From Auanema rhodensis (taxonomy: Eukaryota > Animalia > Nematoda), in assembly GCA_964057225.1 (NCBI GenBank), contig OZ059898.1:12152001-12216000 (forward strand): DNA of 64,000 nucleotides, given 5' to 3'. The first letter of the stretch is position 1, and every line of letters starts with the position of its first letter. The notes beneath the pieces are model-generated. The model saw only the letters and a list, made by a program, of their open reading frames with translations, was not told the DNA's origin and ran no database searches. A program made the translations under genes and the position numbers. Shown piece by piece: positions 12,499 to 25,790 of the stretch.

Positions 12499-15400
12499 AT
12501 GATATTATTTATATTATATTTATTTATTTTACCTTTTATGATTATTGCTCATAATCATACGATACATCCACATATTGTACATGATGCTGTAAGTTTATCA
12601 TCATTATGACGTTTCGTTTTTAAAAAAAAATAACAAAATAGCTGATCAAACACTCAAATTCAAGTACTTAAGATTAGTGAAGAGTTATACTATTAAGCTT
12701 ATGTAACAATGTATTCATTGATTATTCAAAGATTCAAAGAAATTCTAAATAAGATTCAAAGTTGTCTTTTATTTTCAAATATTTTATTGATGTAGGTTGA
12801 ACCACCATTGAAACGTGATGAACAGGGAGCATTCACTTCAACATCTATTTTACCTGATTGGTCAGATATTAAAGTTAATGATCATTATTATATTGAATTA
12901 CTATTGGGTATCGATGCTGCTGTGGTTAGTTATATATTTAATTATATGAATATACCTATATGTTGAATATTATATTTAGGCTCGATATTACGGTCATGAT
13001 GAAGATAAAATACTTTCAGCTTTAACATCATTAATGCACGCTGTTAATATGGTTAGCTTTATTATAATTAAAACTTAATTTAAGCATATGTTTAAGTATG
13101 CTCATAAGTTAAATATTCATATTGTGGTTGTTGATGTTGTTCCAATTCGTGGATACAATGTATCACTGGAGCAATTTCTGGAATGGCGACAAGAGACTGA
13201 AGATTTGGTAATCATTCACATGCTTTATCCAACTTATGCTGAGCATACTGTATTTGCAGACTTCACATGATGTAGCTATGTTAATGAGACATCGATATGA
13301 AGGTGGTATTGCTTATGTCGATGGAATTTGTAAAAGAACAGCCGTAGGACTATGTGGAGTACGTATATTTCCTATCTATCTTTTTTCAAATTATTCCTAT
13401 AATATGTATAATTAATATAGATCATTACAGTTTTTTCCTGAAGCGCCATATGAATATGCTTCAGTTTTCTTTCATGAGCTTGTTCATTTAATTGGCTTAT
13501 CACATGATATGACGGTACCCTGTACTTGTTCAAAGAAAAATCGAAAAAACTGCTTGAGAATAGAGTAAGTTCTTGGCTTATTTCATTTTTTTTCGATTTC
13601 AACCGATTAAATGAAGTTGTGGGGGGGGGGGGGGAGGTGAATATGACGTAAAAGCAGGCATAGTTCGTAGGCGTCAACTCACGTTAAGATATCAAATTAG
13701 CATATCAGTTTAATCATAACACGTTTATTTCAATTTATTTTACTGCAAAAGCGGTCGCATTCTCCGGATATTTCAATTGAATTTTCAAATATGCTTAATA
13801 ACATTTCTATATTTCAGTGGCTTTGAAAAAGATTGCAGTGCTCAAGCTTTAGTTGATCTTTTGCCTAAGGCAACCTGTTTATCATATCCAAAAGAGCCAT
13901 TACCGAGAACAACAATGTCAGTGTGCGGAAATGCTATTGTTGAAGACGAAGAAGATTGTGATTGTGGGCCAGAAGGGTATGTTTCAGCTTTATAATTATT
14001 TTTTTACATTTTTTCTGACAAAAAGCGGAAGAAAAAAAGATAATACATATCAACTACTATGGAATTAAGAAAATAAATTATTAGTTATTGTCATAGATCA
14101 TAAGTAACAACTAGTTTGTCATCGGAATCGGATAAAAGCTAATTTATCCGCCACATTGAGCTATCAATGAAGACATAAAAGGCTTCCATTCAAATTACAT
14201 TGAGCTATCAAATATGAGAGATTCTCCCTCTCTTTCTCTTTTTGTACCTTTCTATCTCTCTCAATCTCTTTATCTCTTTCGTCCTTCATTTTGTTAGCTT
14301 GATATATGAAGAAATGCACAAAACTTCATAATCATGCACACACGTGTTCGAAGTGTTTGGTATATGTAGTCTAATCAGTGAATAATTTTTGCAAAGTTTG
14401 AAATATTTTAAATCAAAAGTGCACAATCAAGTCTTTTCAAAAGAAAAAAAACTCCGTCCAGCTTATTAACATTTCATTTATGGGTTATTTGAAATCTATT
14501 ATAGTATCTCTTTCAAGTTAATCCAATTTCTACACATTTAACTTTGATCTTGCATAATTCTTAAATATCAATCCAAATGCATACATATGTATGCCTCGGG
14601 AGGTTTGATTACTATGCCGTTACCGCCACAACGTTTCTTCCCTTTATACTATACTATACTATACTATACTTTACTATACTTTACTATACTATGAATACAT
14701 ATTTATTTCAATTATTATTATAATTAATAAACAAAACAATGAAATGATGTTTTCAGACAATGCTTTAATATTTTTTGTGACGTGAGATCGTGTCGTTTTG
14801 TGGTTGACAGAAAATATTTGTATTCCACTTTTACATTTGGCTCAGCTGCATTCATTTGCTTAATTTTGTTAATTATAAAGTAAGAATTATTTATTTTTTA
14901 TTTAATAATATAGTTTTTTTTTAAATATTTTATCTTATTTATTTATTTTTCTATCTTTTTTTTTCAGACGTCTATTTTGCTTTAGAGTAAAATCAGTCAG
15001 CAGTACTTCATTTTTGATGTAAGTTTCTCAGCATTAAGTTCATTCATCTCATTTGTTGTTCTTTTGATTTTTACTCTCTTTTCTTTTATTCGTAGCTTTT
15101 CATATAATATTTGTTTCAAGCTTCAATTTTCAATGCTTTTTTCATTATTTCTTTTCTTTTTTTTTTTTAATTTTAACTTTTTTTTTTAAAAATCAAAAAC
15201 GGAAAAAAAACGTTTTGCTATACAATTATATATTTTGTGGTAACCCAGGTGATTATTTTAAATATCTCATCTCATTCCACTCAATAATTTTGATTACAAG
15301 ATTACCATATATATTATCTTTAAAGCTATTACATTGCTTTATAGAGTTTCATTTAGATAATATATCTCTCTCTCAATTCTCTCTCTCTTTTCATTTATTC

Positions 15401-16306
15401 TTTATCATTACTTATATCTAAATGATATAACCATATCCTATTGTTTACAAAAATATGCTTGCTTTCAGTGATAAGAAGCCATTTTCGGACGAGAAGCCTC
15501 AAGTGCCAATCTCTTTCATGAGCTCATTGCCGAAACTTCGGTCAGACACTGAGATAACGGTCCTGCCGAGCTGTGCCATGCAATTGCCCTGTTTAGGTAA
15601 GTATATGATCATTTATATATATGTTACATGTTTAATTCAGTTCAATTATTCATATATTTCATTTGTAGCTCCAACTCGTTCAGCACCTAAACGGCCAACT
15701 GGAAATATTCTGGATATGCAGATTCCGTTAACGCATAATGATATCATAACTTCAGAATATGTTAAAATGAATCCGATTAAAAATCCGATTTTAGATTCCT
15801 CAGGTGAGATAATTCAATTGAAGTTTGACGATGTTTTGGATATTTGATGTATTATAGTCCGTTTACCATGTATCAATCCAAGTTTATCGTTATCATCAAC
15901 ATCATTGAAATCATCCTTGGATTCTGTTCGCCAATCACATCGAGAGAAATCTGATAGAAAATTGGAAATTAGTCGGCCGATTGCTTTGATCGTACAAAGC
16001 AAATCAACGGAAGATTTCCTAGAATCCTTTGAAGAAGCATCCAGAACATGGCGTATTCCTAAGAAATCTTCTGATGACACTGACAGACAGTCTAAGGTCT
16101 GTTTATGATTGTGATCTTTAAATTGAAATATTTGAACTGTTTATAAACTGTTTTGATTATCATTTCACTTTTAGACATTACCCCGAGCTCCTCCAGTGCC
16201 AGAAAGGCGGACGAAGCCATCGCTGGCTTCACTAAGTCAGATAAGTTTGGGAGATTGCCCAATACCGAATAATAAGAAGCATATGTATGATTTACCGCCA
16301 CTCTAG
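12499..16306 (+). CDS. Membrane-anchored ADAM/reprolysin (M12B)-like metalloprotease, ~13 exons
   Basis: Signal peptide MILFILYLFILPFMIIA; YYIELLLGID; GIAYVDGIC; zinc motif HELVHLIGLSHD; CGNAIVEDEEDCDCG; TM FTFGSAAFICLILLII; Pro-rich tail ending MYDLPPL*. Confidence 0.88.
13621..13634 (+). repeat. G14 homopolymer in an ADAM intron
   Basis: 14 consecutive G. Confidence 0.95.
14644..14692. repeat. (TATAC)n pentanucleotide repeat in an ADAM intron
   Basis: atact/ttact units in tandem. Confidence 0.9.
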
Positions 16307-17129
16307 ATGTTTTTTTAAATAATTTACCAATTTATTCCTTAACTATGCTGGTCTTCATCATCGAAATACTGGTCCAACAGCATATTTTTTGCCAAAATTT
16401 GAATTTTTTTTTCAAAAATGTGAATATACATGCATATGTTTATGATGTATTCATAAATAGAAAACTGTTCTCATGAATTTTCAAATATGATCTCATATCT
16501 TATATTAGTTCTCTTAATTTGATTTTTAAATTTTAGGTTAAATAAAAGATTATAGTAACAATTTTATTTTTTTGTTGCAAGATAGCACATTAAAACTTCA
16601 AATTAATTTTTTTTAATTGGCATCGATGAGACAACTGTATTAAAATAATTCCAATTGGAGATCAAAGAAAGCATTTTCAATTTTGCAGAAAGTTCAAGTT
16701 TAAAAATGTTAAAATGTACAGATGCTTAAACTGAACCCAAGCTGCATGCCACGATATATGAGAACAGAGTACAACGATAGAAAAAGCAAACGAATCATGG
16801 CAATCATTCGGCTAATTGAAGACAAAAGTATTACAGTAGAGAAATTATGAATTTTAATTTTAATTTTTAGTTTTTAAAATAATTTTTAAAAATAATCTTT
16901 TGAACATACATATATAATTTATAAAAATTATGGATATAAATCAGCTGCTACGTTCTTCTAAGCAAAATTGTTCAGTTTTTTGCCGTAATATTTCAATCTT
17001 CAGCTGTTAGTTCATGAATGAGTGTGCGTGCTGAAATGAGAGTGTAAATTGAGACCAACTGTGTGAGTGACTGAAAAAGCTTAGCAGCCGTATGATCTTC
17101 CTCAATCAGTCAGATATTTTCAATTCCTA

Positions 17130-19676
17130 ATGAATGCTTTCAAAAGCAAAAGGTTTGTTCAAATCGTTTATTCATCTTACAGTTGTTTTATGTGATCCAG
17201 AGATTATTTGATTTATTTCAGAGGAAAAACATCCTATTATCATCAATCTCTATTTCTAATTGTTCTTTTACAACTGAATATAAGCGCTTATTCACACGTA
17301 CAGCATATTAGGATCAATAAAACAAGTTGTTATGGAACATTTGAAGGATTACGTATCAAAGTAAATGAAACTACAGCTGATGTCTTCTCTTCTATACCTT
17401 TTGCATTGCCACCTATCAATGATTTAAGATTTGAAGTTAGCTAATGAATAATCTTCTTCTTCTTCTTAAACAACAACACTTCAGTATCCTGTGTCTTTAA
17501 AGCAGAATAGAAGTCAAATTTGGAAAACAGATGGTGAACACAACTGTAAATCATGTATTATCGTCTGCTTTACAATCATTATTAGACCACATTTCATTTG
17601 CAGTTGATTCCAGTGATTATCAAACTACTGAAGACTGTTTGTATATGAAAGTTATATCTCCACATGTAGATGATATCGTAATGAAAATGAATTTTTGTTG
17701 CAAATCATTGGTATATATGTCTCTGATTGCAGGAAACAGTAGAACGATTTCCTGCAGTTATATGGATTCATGGAGGATCATATCGAGCTGGTTCTAAGAA
17801 TATGTATATGTCAGAGAATGTTATTAAGCATTTTTCAAGTAAAAATATTGTCTTCATGTCACCTAATTACCGTTTAGGAGCCTTAGGTATCAATTATCAA
17901 TATTATCTTTATAGATATTAGATATTATTCCAGGTTTTATGACATTGAATCATAACGATTTTTCGGGTAATTATGGATTAGAAGACATTATTAAAGCTAT
18001 TGAGTATTGGTTTTCGTTTCTTTTCTTTTTTTTGAACATTTTTTGATATTCTCAGATTTTTTCTTGATATAGCTGATATATTCAATGTGGATAAATCTCG
18101 AATAACGATTGCTGGGGAAAGTGCTGGAGCAGCACTTGCTTCAATCCTTTCAGTTAGTCCGCGAACAATGGGTAATAGGCACAAGTGGCTTAACCATCTT
18201 TTCATATTTCCTATCTCAATAGGCTTATTTCATTCGGTCCTATTAGTGTCAGGATCTTCTCAGAACACGTGGGCTGTGCGTCCAAAAGCTACACGAATAT
18301 CATCTGAATTAGTAGTTCAACAATGCGAATGCTCAAGGTACATGCTACATATGATTTTGAAGATTCAACTTTTCAAAATTAGAAAGACAGTATTGGAGAT
18401 AAAACAGTGTATGAAGATGAAGCCTACATCATGTATTTTGGATATTTATTCATTACTCATATATCAAATACAAGAAGTATATTATATTTAATTCAAAATT
18501 TGATCAATAAGGATTAAGCTTGAACGTTTTAGAGTTGGTATGAATGTTTACGTATGGGAACTACAATAATGACGCCAATTATTGATGGTTTTCGAGGTGT
18601 AAAGAGTATTTTACCTGAATATCCTGATGAATTAATCAAAAAGAATGCCAGGTATTTCTATAAATATGTCTAATAATGTCCCAGACATACATATGTATCA
18701 CCTCATCATCTGTATCAGAAAGCCTGTTCTCCTCTCATCAACCGCTAATGAAGGACAAAATCTGCGAATTTTTAACAATATTCGTAATATTTTAATTATA
18801 ATTTATTTAACATAATAATAATTATTATTTTTTAGTTAAATATATTTGCGATAAACAAATTAGTTGCACCGAGCAATTTTCGCGAATGATTGATAGTTTG
18901 GTATCATGGAATATATCAGCGAGACATGATGTAAGCTTTACATTGATATCAAACTCCAGGTTCATCATGGTTATAAGCTATAGATTCAACGACTTCTACG
19001 AATGAGATATATCACATCAGATGTCACAACAGAAGGAAATACCACGAAGGTTCAAGTTGGTAATCTATTAACAAGTATGACGATGTCATCTTTGTTTTTT
19101 TGAAAAAAAAATTAATTAAGGAGATATGACATCATCTCTATATCATGAAGCTTTATTGAATGCTCAAAGAAATGTGACTGTTTATGTTTTAGAAAATCAT
19201 CTTCATCAAAATGGTTTCATAACGAAATATTATATTTTTGGGAATATGGTATTCGTTTCAGAGCTTACAAGTCATGGACATGATACTGCTTGCTTATTTG
19301 GATCAAATCAATTTCATTCTGGATGTGAGAATTGTCTGGAAAAAGATGGATTTGGTAATAAATTTGGTGAAATTCTCTCGGAATTTATCTTAACCAAGTT
19401 TATTAAATAATTATATTATTACATATAATATATAATTTAGAAAATTGAATAATTTTCATCCATTTACTGTACCAAATAGAGTTGCTCATTATGTTACAGA
19501 ACAGGATATTAAACTAATTGATTGGCATACGGAAGATTACTATTTTTGGTATTATTTTTTAAATTATTTTTCTTCTTTTTTTTTTTATTTAAAAAGTATT
19601 AAAATCTCATTTCAGGTATCAAACTATACCAGCACTTCAGGAACTATTTACAAAGAAATCGAAAAAATTATCATGA
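17130..19676 (+). CDS. Type-B carboxylesterase (COesterase), multi-exon
   Basis: SIPFALPPINDLRFE, TEDCLYM, VIWIHGGSY, PNYRLGALG, GNYGLED, catalytic GESAG, acid TANEG, His TSHGHD; ends ..KKLS*. Confidence 0.92.
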
Positions 19677-19809
19677 AAATAGAGAAAATTTTATTTTTTA
19701 TAAATCATTAAGAATAGTTTATATGTTTACGGAATGAGCAGAAACAAAATATTTTCATAATATCGTATCTTTGTTTATAAGATTTCTCAGAATATTTTCA
19801 TATTCAATA

Positions 19810-20790
19810 TCATAACTCTCCGCGTTGACGTGATTTTGCTTCGTCAGATAACATTTGTACCAAGTATTGCAGTTTTTTGTCTAAAATCAGTGAATTAATA
19901 AGATATTTTATTAAACAAAACAAGAAAAATAATAAATAAACATACTTGTGAATATTCCCATATCGGTGAGAATGGGGAATGTGCGAACGATGGCTTCGCG
20001 ATCACTATCATCAAGAGTACGGAAACGCTTCTCCTGAAACAACACATCAATATCAATTATGTAATAAAGTAAGAAAGATAGCATATAGCTTAATTGTTTT
20101 TTGTTGTTGATAAAGCTGATTAGAAATAACAACATACCTCATTGCCAGCTAATTCATCTAAACGAAGATCTTTCCCTTGAACAGCTCTTGCGTGAAGCTT
20201 TCGCAATGAATTAATGGTCTGAATATATTGATTATAGTATATATTCTTTATATTGTTAATAGATATTTATATATAAATATCTTTATAAACTTACATCTAA
20301 GACAAATTGCTTTGGTTTTTGGCCTAATTGTGATATTTTATCTCCAAAGCTTTTTATAATTGCAGTAGATAAAGCCGTTAAACGTGGATTTTCTATAATA
20401 CGTACTGTCATAAAGATGTTACACAGCTTAAATTGATTAACCTATTAATACAGCTGAGAAGAAATCATCTTTTCTAGCTAATTCATAGAGTTTTTCCTAA
20501 ATTATTGTGGATTATTTTCGTATGTTCCGCATATTTTATGCTTCTTTACCCTATCTTCTGGAGTAAGTTGTTCAATAGCTTTCAGAACATCAGCTGGTAC
20601 AGCAGCTAAAACAATATTAAAATGAATTTATTGTTAATATATTATATAATAATAATTATAATAAATAAAATTAAAACTTTATGTTCTAACCTTTGATTTT
20701 AAGCATTTCATTCTCATCGATCTGATCTTGAAATGAATTGATGCTCGGAAATAATGCCATAAAAGGAAGTATCAGGAAAAGTTGCCGCAT
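19810..20790 (-). CDS. Nematode fatty-acid/retinol-binding (FAR, Gp-FAR-1-like) protein, 7 exons
   Basis: Signal peptide MRQLFLILPFMALFPSINS; VPADVLKAIEQLTPEDREKLYELA; KISQLGQKPKQFV; RFRTLDDSDREAIVRTFPIL; ends RQRGEL*. Confidence 0.75.
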
Positions 20791-22230
20791 TTCTAGAAGG
20801 CAATATCGAATATTTACTAAAAGTTTTTAGTGTTTAAACGAAAAATAAGGTTAAAGATTAAATTATTTAAACATTTATAAGCATAGAAAAAGAAAATACA
20901 TACAACCTTTTGGTTATACGATTGTAGTTATCAGAGATATACTTAGATTTATGTAATAGAGTTAGTATAATATTAGGAAATAGACACAAGGGTTAAGTGA
21001 ATGGTCTCCAAGCAACAATTAGCTTTCAGGGACATGCAGCAATGAGAATCGAAAATGCATGTGTGTGTGTGAGTGTGTATGAGTATAGAGCATGTCTCTT
21101 CTATTCCTAGCTCATTGTCTCTCACCCTCCATCCTTCCTTTCTATCTATCTCTCTCTCTCTCAATAATTCTTTTCCTTCCTCTCTTAATCCCGCCTACTC
21201 TCTCAATTTCATCTTTGTCGTCTCTTTTTCCTTATTTTGCTCTTATTTCTCATTCATGTATCTCTCTTAATGTTGCCCACTTTCTCACTTATTGTCTGCA
21301 AGCCTGCATCCTCTTACCCTATTATAGCGTAAGCTTAGATCTGTTTTGACAACGGACCTCTCAATCTATGTTGAGTCATAAATAAAACATCATAAATATC
21401 ATTTTCATCTCTTATTGTATACTTAATCTTCTGACATTTCTAAAAGATGTACTGTATAATCATGAAGTCTTAAGTATTCATATTAGGTTGTCATGTTCAT
21501 CATATATGATTCACATCACATTATGTTCACATGAAATGACAATTTTTTATTTCAGAAGTGCATCCTCAAGGAGTCAAAAAACAAGAAACTTAATCTTTCT
21601 TCTTTTTTCCAGACAAAAAAATGACGACATAGGTCAGAAATCAACTGTTCCATTAGCACCTGTTAGTTCAAAAATTTTCCCATATAATACCGTGTACTCG
21701 GACTCTCATTCAGTTCTTATTTCTGATTTTAGTTCATTTGTTCAAAATGTTATCATATGTTCTTGAATAAATTTATTTTTAATTTATTTTTTTTTCTCAA
21801 AAAGAAAATAAAATATTTATAAATCTAAGTCTTATTTTATTAAACACAATAGAATATTAGAAATTTAATATTTCAATATTCAATTTTAGTATTCAAAAAC
21901 TTATCATTTTATAAAATATTTGAATAATTAAATAGACCACAATTACATATATTATATCAATATTATTCATTTTGTAGTGAAAAATATACAAAATTCTTAA
22001 AATACATCAGTTATTCAGTATATTAAGCTAATCTTACGAAAAACTTGATGTCTCTCTTACATTTTTTCTTCACTTTTTTGTATGTTTTCATTAATAAATT
22101 TGCAAAAAATTAAATAAAATTTAAAAAAACTTTACAAAAATGTTTTGTTTCGCCTCCTTTGACTTTTTTGTGGAATTTTATTGAGAAATATAGTTTACAG
22201 AGCTTATCCAGATAACGTATCGTCGTAAGC

Positions 22231-23187
22231 ATGGTCAAATACGTTCTTACCTATTTCCCTATTCGAGGAATTTGCGAGTTTATCAGACAGGTACTTGGAT
22301 TTCATCATATTTTTTCCTCAAATATGATTTATTTCAAAGATTTCCTTTTCAGATGTTCTATCTTGCTGATGTAGAATATGAAGATAAGCGTATTACCAAA
22401 GAAGAATTCTTCGAGGTTGTACAGAAGAGTAAGTTAAACTCATCAGATGACTTTCTATACTTATACCTCATTCAGATTGTCCATTTGCACAAGTGCCTAT
22501 ACTTGAGGTTGATGGACGTATTATACCACAATCTGTTTCAATCGCTCGTTACTTGGCCAAAGAATTTGGTAAAAATATTATCGTTCTCAAACATCTTGCT
22601 AATTTATAATTGATTATCAGGAATGTTATATGGCAAAACTAATTTTGAACAAGCATTATGTGATGCTATTGCTGACCAATACAGAGACTTTGACCAGAAG
22701 ACAAGACCATATCTCTGCAGAGCTTATGGTTTCTTCATAACATGCAGTCCAGAAGAAACTGTATTATATTATATGTTATAATTAAGAGAATCCATAATAT
22801 TTTAGGCCAGATATCGAGATGAACTTCTTCTTCCAAATCGTGATAAGTATTTGGCATATCTTTCTGACTATCTGGATAAAAGTCGAACTGGTATACTATG
22901 CTAGTCTGACTTCTAAACATCGTTTACAACTTTAGGATTTCTGACTGGTGGAGAATTCACCTTTGTTGATCTGATTGTTGCTGAGCAGACTGCTGCTCTA
23001 CAAACATTCGTACCAGAGTATGCTGAAAACTTTCCAAAGGTTTCATTTTTGATTAAGCTTTATTCTTATTCTGAACATTATAAAGCTCACTTCTTCCCAT
23101 TTTCAGATCAAAGCTCATCTCGAAAAGGTTCATGCAATTCCCAAACTGAAGAGATGGCTTGAAATTCGCCCCAAAACTCCATATTGA
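22231..23187 (+). CDS. Glutathione S-transferase, sigma-like class (GST-a)
   Basis: MVKYVLTYFPIRGICEFIRQ..PFAQVPILEVDG..PQSVSIARYLAKEFG..FTFVDLIVAE..RWLEIRPKTPY*. Confidence 0.95.
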
Positions 23188-23561
23188 GCTTCAAAGCTGT
23201 CCTCCGACTAATCTTCGATTACATTTTCTTTAATCTTGCAAGCAAAAACTTATATTTGTTAAACCAACGTGAATTTGTGTATGCTGATATCGTTTCTCAA
23301 TTTGAATAAAATAATCATTTAATGTTTTTTTTACACATTTATATACATTAATACTATAGGAAAAACTTTATATTATTGACATATTTCAAGTTTCGTTGCA
23401 AACGTTGTCTCTTTCTCTTTCATACAAGTTAATACATACACACATACATGTGTATGTTTAAATATATACAAACATAGACATTTCTACCATTTTTCATCGT
23501 TAAAAATGGTTTTGTTGAGAATTTTAATGATTTTATATATGTTTATATCTATATCTCTATG

Positions 23562-23569
<8 letters not shown>

Positions 23570-23599
<30 letters not shown>
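23570..23599. repeat. (TA)n microsatellite
   Basis: Direct inspection. Confidence 0.95.
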
Positions 23600-23601
<2 letters not shown>

Positions 23602-23952
23602 AATAGAAAATCAAATTAAGAATCTAAAATTTTACAAAGAAAAGCTTTTCTTGTTCTGATTTCATTGAATGCCACGTGTAATATGCGTGAATTTGCCTGG
23701 CAACCATAACTCTTATTTATAATCTTGTTATGGCTTTTCAATGCCTTGTATTTTTTTATATTTTTTGTTAAAATATTATATGTTAGTATATTTCTATAAT
23801 ATCTCATATCGTTCTAAAACTATACATGTACAAATCAATATTTCATATTTTATTTATTATTTATTATAAGAAAAAATATAAAAAAATTAACAGATCTTTG
23901 TCCAAATTTCTGCTTGAGCTATTGTAAAGATATATTAGAAGAGATGTGAGTG

Positions 23953-23957
23953 AGAGA

Positions 23958-24025
<68 letters not shown>

Positions 24026-24070
24026 TTTAGATAGAGAAACTTACAGAGAAATGCACTAAGAGAGAGAGAG
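23953..24070. repeat. (GA)n microsatellite between the GST genes
   Basis: Direct inspection. Confidence 0.9.
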
Positions 24071-24451
24071 AAACGTTTTGCATTGTAAAGCCTTTCCGTA
24101 ACTCCAATGTAATTATCTACTTATGTGACTTACATGTTTGTTTATCTATTTTATAATGACAATGGGACATAACTTGTTTTAACTTTTTGAACTTCACAGA
24201 AACAATTCGTCATATTTGCAACATAATTTGAAGTTTTAATCTACTATTAACGATAAATTGTTGTAATTTTCTTGTATTCAAACAAATTTATTCAGTACTA
24301 TTTGAATTATCTCGTAATGATTTTTGTATAATAATTTAAAAATTGAATGTTCGAAGATTTTTGACCTTTAATTATGTTTCTTGTTTTCTTTCTTTTTTTT
24401 CCATTAAAACGTTCTTGGATAAAATTTTTAAAAAAATTTGTTGAAGCTACA

Positions 24452-25382
24452 ATGGTTAAATATGTTCTTACGTACTTTCCAAATCGAAATATTGCTGAAG
24501 TTACCAGACAGGCAAGATCACGAGATGTTTATTTCATATTATCTTCAATATTAATTCAGATGTTCCATTTGGCTAATGTACCTTTTGAAGACAAACGTAT
24601 ATCAAAGGACACATTTTCTAGTTTAAAGCATAGTAAGTACATGTAATTATATATTTTTATATAATATTTTGATATATATGTATAGCTTTACCGTTTGAAC
24701 AAGTTCCAATTCTTGAAGTGGATGGTCATGTTATTCCTCAATCAATAGCTATAATTCGATATGTTGCTAAGGAATTGGGTACAAGATGTTTGATAAGCTT
24801 ACTTGTTTTCATTCTTAGCCTATTATAGGATTTTACGGAGAGACACTATTTGAACAAGCACTTGTGGATGCTATAGCTGATCAATTTAAAGATTATTCAG
24901 TTGAGATCAAACCATACTTATACAGAGTTCGAGGCTTAATTCCCGGAACAACTGAAGAAATTGTAAGATAAATCTTGCTGCTATATCCAAATCTGCATAA
25001 ATCCTTAGGAAGTACTAAAGAATGAATTACTATTTCCTGCTCGTGATCGTTTTCTACGTTACATGACAGACTATTTAACTAAAAGCTCAACAGGTATAAC
25101 AGTGTTAGCATACAAACTTTGTTGTAAGATTGATGACTATAGGCTATATAGCTGGAGGAGATCTCACCTTTGCTGATCTGATATTAGCTGAACATATATC
25201 AGTTATGAGAGCATTTCTTCCTGAATATACATTCAATTTTTCTGAGGTATCGTAACATCTTATTCTATTTTCCTAAAACTGTATATGAGTATATGTTTAA
25301 GATTAATGATCATCAAGAGCGTGTTCATGCTATTCCTAATCTGAAGAAATGGATTGAAACTCGTCCACATACTTCATTCTAG
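24452..25382 (+). CDS. Glutathione S-transferase, sigma-like class (GST-b); first intron GC-AG
   Basis: MVKYVLTYFPNRNIAEVTRQ..LPFEQVPILEVDG..PQSIAIIRY..LTFADL..KKWIETRPHTSF*; same intron positions as GST-a. Confidence 0.95.
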
Positions 25383-25790
25383 TAATATGAATCCTCATCG
25401 ATTAATGTATGATCTACGTGAAATTCACGTGGAATATATAAAATGAATAACAAAATCGTTTTTGATGTTTGAAGACAAGTAATCGGTTGAATATCTTGAG
25501 TACGAATATTTAAAATACAAAATAATATAATATATTTAATATATATCTATCTATATACTATATATATAATTCATTTATTAAATATTTTGTTGTCTATTAT
25601 TATTAATTAATTCAATTATAATAAACATTCATTAATTTATATGATTTAAAAAGTGATAAAAGCAAATTATATTAATTATAACAGGAATTTGCATCTGAGC
25701 GTAAACGATATGAAGCTTTGAGGCAATTGTTCAGAAAATTTTGAAAAATTAGCAAGAAAGATGACAATTAGCATTTAAGTCACCTAACGA

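Noticed and set aside
18755-18835. Possible GC-AG intron or frameshift in the carboxylesterase
   Set aside because: A normal GT donor at 18784 keeps the frame.
21488-21766. 92-aa plus-strand ORF between FAR and GST-a
   Set aside because: No ATG-led spliced model or recognisable motif.
21395-24163. SKN-1-type WWTRTCAT sites upstream of the GSTs
   Set aside because: The motif is AT-rich and expected by chance at this composition.
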